This document shows, piece after piece, positions 1 to 6,487 of a DNA stretch of 64,000 bases. The notes below the pieces were generated by a model that was not told where the DNA came from, did not search any database, and saw only the letters and a list, made by a program, of their open reading frames with translations. The first letter of the stretch is position 1; every line of letters starts with the position of its first letter. Location: sequence record OR844650.1; one strand, given 5' to 3'. Both the position numbers and the translations under genes were made by a program.

Positions 1-727
1 GAATTACGTGTTCTGCACCAACAGGAATAACGTCTAATTGACCGTTAGTACTGAATGGATCAGCAGTATTTCCTTGACTTGTAAAACCAGATGCACCACC
101 CGCAGCTACTGAACCACCACCACCCATTGTTGTCGGAATAGCTCCTGGATAAGCGGTTTTATCAAATCCTACTTGAAGGTTACTAAAAACTTTATCTTTC
201 AAATTTAATGATACGTCACGTATATAATAAATTACTGGTGTTTTACCAGTGGCTTCGTTAACAAATACTTGCTCAACATTTTTGGGACTTACCCAATACC
301 AATCGAATGTTTCTGGATCTCGAATGAAAAATTGATCACCATATTTCAGAAGACCACGCACAATTTCATACATTCGTGTTTTAAAATCATTTTGTTCAGT
401 CCATGCATCTAAACGATCTTCAATAGTAGTTACTTCAGTATCACCAATATCATCTTTATATTTGATTTTATATGGTAAACCAAAATCTTCAGTACTTTGG
501 GTACAAAAGTCAGCAATTATATTCAATGCAGTTCTAATTTCAGGATCTTGGTCCATTTGCTCATACTGACTATAACGCTCAGTACGGTTTGCCAATCCAT
601 TATATACAACAGGAAGATAGGAAGCGAAATTTGTTTTCGTTCCTGTTGATTTATTGCTATTACTGGACTGATTCGGGATGGTCGATAGTTTAGACCTTCC
701 CACTGTCATATGTCGTTTCCAACTCAT
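1..727 (-). CDS. gp20: Portal vertex protein (T4 gp20-like), 5' part only; runs off the window's left edge
   Basis: Manual translation from ATG at 727 (RBS AGGA): MSWKRHMTVGRSK...RTERYSQYEQMDQDPEIRTALNIIADFCTQ...YEIVRGLLKYGDQFFIRDPET. The RY..Y..M..D.EI..AL.II and K.GD.F motifs are typical of T4-like portals. Not in the ORF track because it is truncated. Confidence 0.85.
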   Translation of the reverse strand, partial: MSWKRHMTVGRSKLSTIPNQSSNSNKSTGTKTNFASYLPVVYNGLANRTERYSQYEQMDQDPEIRTALNIIADFCTQSTEDFGLPYKIKYKDDIGDTEVTTIEDRLDAWTEQNDFKTRMYEIVRGLLKYGDQFFIRDPETFDWYWVSPKNVEQVFVNEATGKTPVIYYIRDVSLNLKDKVFSNLQVGFDKTAYPGAIPTTMGGGGSVAAGGASGFTSQGNTADPFSTNGQLDVIPVGAEHVI

Positions 728-738
728 TATTTTCGTCC

Positions 739-2946
739 TTAACTGTTTCTCTCACCTTGAGTGTTTTCAGAGATAGTTCTTAGATAGTTATTTGTCTGTT
801 GCACGGCAGATAGAGATTGCTCATTAACATCAGCAAGTTTTTTAAGTAACTCTTTCATGTCTTCTGATATTGTGGCATTATTATTATTAGCATTTGCCAT
901 ACTACTACCACTATTTATCATCGCTTTCATGGCCTCATAATCGTCCGGTTCAGCTTGAATTGGTGGTTCATTTGGACCCCATGCTGATTTATCAAAAGTT
1001 TTTGGAGTTATGGTAACATATGGTGCAACATGTTCAGATTTTTCGATTCTCGCAGTTGCTCTTGGCTTATTTTCAAGACCACTACTAATAAGTTTTTCAG
1101 CAACTGATTCATCAAGGGGTTTTGGTTGTTTAAAGTTTCTACTTGAATTCCATTTTAAAAAACCATCAAATGAACTAGAAATATAATCACCAAATGAATT
1201 CATTTTTTCTTCAAAATAATTATTAACTTTTTCTGCACCATCGGTAACAGAATTGTTTTCTACTTTTACTTTGTCGTCTGAACCACCAAACCAACCTTTA
1301 ACAGAATCCCAAAGTTTACCAGGAAGATCCATTAGGTTATTCATAAAGCTATCAAATGCTTCTGAAACTTTATTATATCCACTACCAAAAATTTCAGTAC
1401 CTAACCCTTCTAACCACTGCTCAAACTCACCACCAATCCTATCCAAATACGCAACTGCATCTTTCGCAATAGGAACCAAACCAAAACCATCAAGTGCTAA
1501 CTCTCCGATAAATTCCCATGCACCATCAGTACGGTCTGCAATATCAGTAAGGTAATCCGCAATAGAATTTTGTGTATCTGCATACATTTTATTAAATGGT
1601 TCAGTAAATTCTTTACTAATCCATCTATTGAATCTATCAGTGAATTGTGTTAGTTTATCTGCTGGTTGACTCTTAGGATCATTAATCGCAGCTTCCATAT
1701 CAAGTAGTTGTTGGTTGAAGGTTGCTGCCGTAGTGTTTCCTAATTGTATCTGATTTAATAAATCTTGCTTTATTAGTTCTTTGTTCTTTTTAACAAATTC
1801 CAATTGTTGACGGCGAATTTCTTGTGAATCAGTAACACCACTACGTACCAAGTTCTCACCTAAATCAGCAAATTGGTTCAGTACTGGAGTCAATAAATCA
1901 TCTGGTACTCCACCAATAGTTAAACGATGTGAAATTAAACGTAGAAAATCTGCACCAGCATCACCCATACTGGCAGCAGCTTCGTTAAATGCTTTTGATG
2001 TTGCAACTGCTGCTTTACTAGATAATCCAGAATAGTTTTGTAATGCGATTTGCATTGAACGTGTGTCTAATGATTTATCTAAGTTTTGTGTTTTATTTAA
2101 TAGTGCATCAACTGACTCACCCATACTTTTACTGAACTTAGTCATACTCATGATAAACTGTTCAGTACTTTTTGCTTGATCCATACTACGTAACATTTCT
2201 CTTCCACCAAATTGCTTTTGGAATTTAATATTACGTGCAGTTAAATCAGTTAATGTTTTTTGAGAAACACCATATAAACCTAATTGATTTTGTGCTTGTT
2301 GCACAGTACCCAATAATTTACCAAATGTAGAAACACCATCACCATATGCACCATCTAATTGTGCAACAACTGCACTATGGGTTTGTAATGCTTCACCAAA
2401 TGCATCAATACTCATCATTGATGCACCAGCACCTTTTAATATGGAGCCGTAACCTTCAGATAGAGCGACACCAGCACTGTTTATTCTATTATAAACTTCA
2501 AGCTGTGCATTTAACACATTATAAACTGCTAAACCAGCGTCAGCAACCAATTTGAATGCAGATGCTGCTGCACCAACTGGACCTGGGATCATTGCTAATG
2601 AACCAGCAAATGAAGATGCACTCATTCCTAGTGAGTTTACAACATTGCTAACGTTTGCAGACGTACTCATCATAGTTTTGCCGACATTCGATACTTCAGA
2701 TGATAATGATTTGAATATTTTTCCAAATTCTTTACCATCATCAGCTTTGTTATTTGTTCGAGAGCCACGGTTTCCAGTACTTGATGAATTACTTCCATTA
2801 CGTTTTCCACTTTTAGAACCGGATTTCTTTCTATCATTTTTTATATTTTCAGCCAATAACTCACGAATAGCACTCAAACTATCGTTGTTATCTTTAGTTT
2901 GATTAACCAACTGCTGGAGTAGGTAATCACTTGTATTTCCAGCCAT
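739..2946 (-). CDS. Putative tail tape-measure / baseplate hub protein (gp29-like)
   Basis: 735 aa, Ala/Gly/Ser-rich and predicted helical, with hydrophobic AGPVGAAA-type stretches. Sits next to hub-chaperone genes and behind a late-promoter-like CATAAATA. Function inferred. Confidence 0.55.
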   Translation of the reverse strand: MAGNTSDYLLQQLVNQTKDNNDSLSAIRELLAENIKNDRKKSGSKSGKRNGSNSSSTGNRGSRTNNKADDGKEFGKIFKSLSSEVSNVGKTMMSTSANVSNVVNSLGMSASSFAGSLAMIPGPVGAAASAFKLVADAGLAVYNVLNAQLEVYNRINSAGVALSEGYGSILKGAGASMMSIDAFGEALQTHSAVVAQLDGAYGDGVSTFGKLLGTVQQAQNQLGLYGVSQKTLTDLTARNIKFQKQFGGREMLRSMDQAKSTEQFIMSMTKFSKSMGESVDALLNKTQNLDKSLDTRSMQIALQNYSGLSSKAAVATSKAFNEAAASMGDAGADFLRLISHRLTIGGVPDDLLTPVLNQFADLGENLVRSGVTDSQEIRRQQLEFVKKNKELIKQDLLNQIQLGNTTAATFNQQLLDMEAAINDPKSQPADKLTQFTDRFNRWISKEFTEPFNKMYADTQNSIADYLTDIADRTDGAWEFIGELALDGFGLVPIAKDAVAYLDRIGGEFEQWLEGLGTEIFGSGYNKVSEAFDSFMNNLMDLPGKLWDSVKGWFGGSDDKVKVENNSVTDGAEKVNNYFEEKMNSFGDYISSSFDGFLKWNSSRNFKQPKPLDESVAEKLISSGLENKPRATARIEKSEHVAPYVTITPKTFDKSAWGPNEPPIQAEPDDYEAMKAMINSGSSMANANNNNATISEDMKELLKKLADVNEQSLSAVQQTNNYLRTISENTQGERNS

Positions 2947-2978
2947 AACATTCCCTTTTAATAGATGTATTATAGAAA

Positions 2979-2986
2979 TATTTATG
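2979..2986 (-). promoter_or_regulatory. T4-type late promoter (CATAAATA)
   Basis: One mismatch to T4 TATAAATA, about 33 nt upstream of the 2946 start; a gp55 homolog is present in the window. Confidence 0.55.
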
Positions 2987-3034
2987 AAACTATAGAGAAT
3001 ATAAAAATTAGTTTAATTTAATCTTTTTTAGTCT

Positions 3035-3042
3035 TATAAATA
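3035..3042 (+). promoter_or_regulatory. T4-type late promoter (TATAAATA)
   Basis: Exact T4 late consensus, 35 nt upstream of the 3077 start. Confidence 0.8.
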
Positions 3043-3076
3043 CTAAAACACATTTATTACATGGAGATTTAATAAA

Positions 3077-3913
3077 ATGGCTATGAATCCACTTGCTAAG
3101 TACACTAAAATTGAAGAGATCAGTACTAAGTTAGTTACAAACGGCGTTATTCCTTATAAAGAAGGAGTTCTAGGTCCAAAAGGTGTCAAATGTGGAGTTT
3201 GTGCACGTAGTGCACGTGATGAAATGACACTTAATACCCCCGATATGTTACTAAACGGAGATGCAGTATCCCGTGTTATTGAAAACTGTGTTCCTAATGT
3301 AATTGACGCTGATGAGTTGTATGTAAATGACGTTGAAATGCTTCTTATTGCTATTAAAGTTGCTTCTAAAGAAGAAACATATGATATTAACGTTGTATGT
3401 CCTGAATGTGAAAAAGAAGGTCGATTTGAACGTAATCTATCATATCTTCTTGAAACTGCACAAGCATTTGAAGAAATCCCATCAATTGATTTAGATAATG
3501 GACTACGTTTAGAATTTAGACCACTGACATGGAAAGAATATTCATCGTTTGCTGAACGCATGTTCAGTGAGCAGCAGAAGACTAAGTTTCTTGAAACTGC
3601 TGATATTGATAAAGATGAAAAAGTAAAAATATTTTCTGAAGTATTTGAAAACATGGCTCAACTTAACTTCGATATGATTGGTGGAGTTATTGCAAAAATT
3701 ATAACACCAGATGGTGATGAAGTAGTTGAAAAAGAATTTATTAATGAATGGCTTGGACAACAATCGAAGGGAGTACTTAAACTAATTCGTGAAAAAATGG
3801 ATGAAGTACTTGAAATTGGTGTATCTCATAGTATGGAAGTAGAATGTGATGGATGTAATCATCAATGGGAAATTGATGGACTAAAATATGATCCTAGTCA
3901 TTTTTTCGAGTAA
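3077..3913 (+). CDS. Baseplate hub assembly chaperone (T4 gp26/gp51-like)
   Basis: TARDEMTLNTPDMLLNGDAV...VNDVEMLLIAIKVAS, CPEC and CDGC motifs, C-terminal HFF; strong RBS GGAG. Confidence 0.7.
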   Translation: MAMNPLAKYTKIEEISTKLVTNGVIPYKEGVLGPKGVKCGVCARSARDEMTLNTPDMLLNGDAVSRVIENCVPNVIDADELYVNDVEMLLIAIKVASKEETYDINVVCPECEKEGRFERNLSYLLETAQAFEEIPSIDLDNGLRLEFRPLTWKEYSSFAERMFSEQQKTKFLETADIDKDEKVKIFSEVFENMAQLNFDMIGGVIAKIITPDGDEVVEKEFINEWLGQQSKGVLKLIREKMDEVLEIGVSHSMEVECDGCNHQWEIDGLKYDPSHFFE

Positions 3914-4122
3914 TGCTTCTCCAGTCATCTCCTGAAGAAATACAAGAAGTACTGAAGGAGATAGAACTGAATAAGTCAGAAATCAAAAATGCACTAATGG
4001 AATGTTCTGTATATATGGATAACATTGACTATGGAACACTCCTTAATATGCCATTAATAGATAGAGACTTATTAGTTAAGTCTTTTAATAAAAAAATTAA
4101 AAAACAAAACGAGAAGCACTAA
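3913..4122 (+). CDS. Small baseplate hub assembly protein (gp51-like in T4-related phages)
   Basis: 69 aa, TAATG overlap with the upstream gene; 'LLNMPLIDRDLLVKSFNKK' resembles tail-chaperone C-terminal partners. Confidence 0.55.
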   Translation: MLLQSSPEEIQEVLKEIELNKSEIKNALMECSVYMDNIDYGTLLNMPLIDRDLLVKSFNKKIKKQNEKH

Positions 4123-4132
4123 TTTTCATATA

Positions 4133-4159
4133 GCCAGCACATTGTTGCTGGTTTTTTTT
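4133..4159 (+). terminator. Intrinsic terminator
   Basis: GCCAGCA/TGCTGGT stem followed by a T run, just after the 4122 stop. Confidence 0.8.
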
Positions 4160-4377
4160 GGTTTTAAACTACAGAATTATTTGAATTGAATTACGAAAGG
4201 ATTAATTTTAATATTATTGGATTCATCTAACTCATTTCATTCGTTAGCTGAAGAATATTCGTTACTACGTAACTCATATTCATTTAATTAAATTAATTAT
4301 AAAGAACTTTAAAAGATTTAATACTTGACGGGATTTGTTGAGGACATTTTCATCCCCCCGCAGGGGAATGAAGACAA

Positions 4378-4832
4378 TAAAAAAGAGACAATGAAGTCTC
4401 TATTTCTTGACGCTGATGGTTTCAGCATTTATTGTATTGCGAATTTCTTAAAAATATATTAAGAACGAAAGCGGGTTGCTCTGTTTCTCTCTATCGCAGT
4501 CATGTGCAACGGTCGTCAGTCTTAATCATCCTGACACTCACCTGAAAGTCTATACAATCAAACTTCAGGCTGTTTATTAAAATCACTTAATAAACTCCCT
4601 TAGCAAATCTGGTAAGGTGCGATCCTTATATGTCTATCTAGGAACTCTCTGTATGCTTATCGGAGTTCTTTATTGAGCCGCATTGCCGTGAGGGGTTCAA
4701 ACTATGCCCACATCTAACGGGTTTCTTTTGCTCATCGCACTGTTGAACTGCTCATCTGCCATCTACATTTTCGATAGGATCAGGTTCTAATTTATATGCA
4801 TTTCTGCATTCAACAGGATTGTCATTACTACA
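4378..4832 (-). ncRNA. Candidate ~450-nt structured non-coding RNA of unknown family
   Basis: Upstream TGcTATAAT promoter, downstream AGAGAC/GTCTCT hairpin + T6, no ORF with an RBS, and more than 10 helices including a GAAA-tetraloop hairpin (see findings). Confidence 0.6.
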
Positions 4833-4838
4833 ACAAAC

Positions 4839-4868
4839 ATTATAGCACCATTTTTAAAATCTTCCCAC
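4839..4868 (-). promoter_or_regulatory. Promoter GTGGGAAG-N16-TATAAT with extended -10 (TGc)
   Basis: Minus strand reads GTGGGAAGattttaaaaatggtgcTATAAT; same architecture as the sites at 10559 and 54534. Confidence 0.65.
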
Positions 4869-4916
4869 TAATATCATAAAAAAATAAAAAAAGTACTTAG
4901 TACATTTTTGAAGTAT

Positions 4917-4948
4917 AAAAAAACCAAGTAACAAAACATTACTTGGTT
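4917..4948 (-). terminator. Intrinsic terminator after the homing endonuclease gene
   Basis: 10-bp stem AACCAAGTAA/TTACTTGGTT followed by a T run on the minus strand. Confidence 0.8.
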
Positions 4949-4960
4949 CATAAAAACTAT

Positions 4961-5917
4961 TCAATAATTTATATTTTTTGATATGAAGTCTTTTATAATT
5001 TTAATGTGGTCATCTGAATACTTTATTCTAAGTAAAGTAATATTATTATCATAACAATACTTATTCTTAATTTCATCATTTCGTTGTTGTTCAGCTAAAC
5101 CTTCTTCTCCACCGAAGTATTCTATTGGTTTGAAGTGTTGGATACCATCATATTCTATTAGTAGATTAAGTTCAGGAATATAAAAATCAAATGGTAAATG
5201 ATTGATGTTTTTACAACTATCAAATTTCTTTTCCATTTCAAACATTATATCACACGTTTTTAAAAAATTCTGAATTTCAATAACAGGTTTTGATTTTAGT
5301 TCTTGGTCTGAACAAACTGGACACCCTTGTTTTCTATGATAATGCTTAGTAGCTAGTACGGTGAATTCCCCATGTCTCTTACATAATGGTGTAATGGTTT
5401 CATACATGCCATTATATTTTGTATTAGAGTAATCATAATTATCCATGTGTATGAACTTACAATCTTCAAAGAACACATCTTCTGGAGTTCTCTTCTTTAA
5501 TCCATTTTGAATTTTGGCACATTCAGGGCAACCTTGTCCAGATAGATGATTACTAACTACTTGATTAAATTCACCATGACCTTTTTCTTTGCATATAATA
5601 GTAATCTTTTCTGAACGAATGTTAAAAAACACTTTTGAGTAATCATACTTATCACCATGAACTTCGGTAGCTTCAGTGAAGAATGACCCCAGAGATTTTT
5701 TAGACTTTCGTTCTTTCTTTGCAATATCAGAACAAACTGGACAACCTTGTTTTGCAGAAATGTGTTTATTAGGAACTACTGTGAAGTCACCGTGAATGTT
5801 ACACGTAACAGTTATTGGATGGTGTGCATTGACATATATTGTTTTATTGTATGTGTAAATACTACCATGAATATTCATTGATTTATCTATGAATTGTTGT
5901 TGTGTAATTTTAGCCAT
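4961..5917 (-). CDS. Free-standing putative homing endonuclease: three Zn-ribbon repeats plus a C-terminal Vsr/DUF559-like (EDxHD-type) nuclease
   Basis: Three ~70-aa repeats (HG..YDY.K..Y......I.C..HG.F.....H....GCP.C) and C-terminal LPFDFYIPELNLLIEYDGIQHF. Start moved to ATG 5917 because GAGG lies 9 nt upstream. Confidence 0.75.
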   Translation of the reverse strand: MAKITQQQFIDKSMNIHGSIYTYNKTIYVNAHHPITVTCNIHGDFTVVPNKHISAKQGCPVCSDIAKKERKSKKSLGSFFTEATEVHGDKYDYSKVFFNIRSEKITIICKEKGHGEFNQVVSNHLSGQGCPECAKIQNGLKKRTPEDVFFEDCKFIHMDNYDYSNTKYNGMYETITPLCKRHGEFTVLATKHYHRKQGCPVCSDQELKSKPVIEIQNFLKTCDIMFEMEKKFDSCKNINHLPFDFYIPELNLLIEYDGIQHFKPIEYFGGEEGLAEQQRNDEIKNKYCYDNNITLLRIKYSDDHIKIIKDFISKNINY

Positions 5918-5977
5918 TCTTGTGTACCTCACAAAACTTTTTAATATACATTATTTACAGAAACAGGACAAAACGCT

Positions 5978-6469
5978 ATGAAAAAGAGATTGAAAAATCC
6001 CAATGAAGCAGCAGCTTACAGAAAAGAACTACTAAAAAAACAAAATGGTATTGACCCCATTATAGGAATAAAAATAACTAAACCAGTACTTGACCACTAT
6101 CATGGTGGAAATCAACATTGTAGACAGGTTCTTCAAAATGAGGTGAATGGATGGGAAGGAAGGGTCGCAAATTCATTTAAACGCTGTCTGGGCCATTTAA
6201 CTGATAAACCTCTTCATGAAGTACTAAGAAATCTGGCAGATTATCTTGAAAAGAACAATAACATTCCACCTGAAGAGCAAGTCATACATCACACAGCACT
6301 AACTGTGGATGTTAATAAGTTTAAAAGGCTTCCAGCAACACAGCAAAACGCGATTCTGGAAGGGTTAGGAGTTGTCCCTGGTAGTAACACTACTGCTCGT
6401 GTAAAGCAAGCTAGAAAGCTGATTAAGGACGGTAAATTAAATATGGTTGATATAAAAAAAGGGAGCTAA
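5978..6469 (+). CDS. Recombination endonuclease VII-like (Holliday junction resolvase, T4 gp49 family)
   Basis: PVLDHYH...RQVLQNEVNGWEGRV matches the endo VII D-H-x-H...N..EG core; adjacent to gp46/47. Confidence 0.7.
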   Translation: MKKRLKNPNEAAAYRKELLKKQNGIDPIIGIKITKPVLDHYHGGNQHCRQVLQNEVNGWEGRVANSFKRCLGHLTDKPLHEVLRNLADYLEKNNNIPPEEQVIHHTALTVDVNKFKRLPATQQNAILEGLGVVPGSNTTARVKQARKLIKDGKLNMVDIKKGS

Positions 6470-6479
6470 GGCTCCCTTT
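6455..6479. terminator. Bidirectional intrinsic terminator
   Basis: AAAGGGAGC-TAAG-GCTCCCTTT between convergent genes. Confidence 0.8.
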
Positions 6480-6487
6480 ATCTTTAA

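Noticed and set aside
4787-4825. 12-codon ORF MTILLNAEMHIN at the 5' end of the candidate RNA
   Set aside because: It starts about 6 nt from the predicted TSS with no RBS and overlaps paired helices; leader-peptide function is unsupported.
4378-4832. Group I or II intron, RNase P RNA or tmRNA as the identity of the structured region
   Set aside because: No flanking split exons and no P7 R/S elements. GUGCG (4736-4740, minus) and GAGCCG (4675-4680, plus) are on opposite strands and no full domain V follows. No GAGGAAAGUC (RNase P) and no tRNA-like tmRNA ends.
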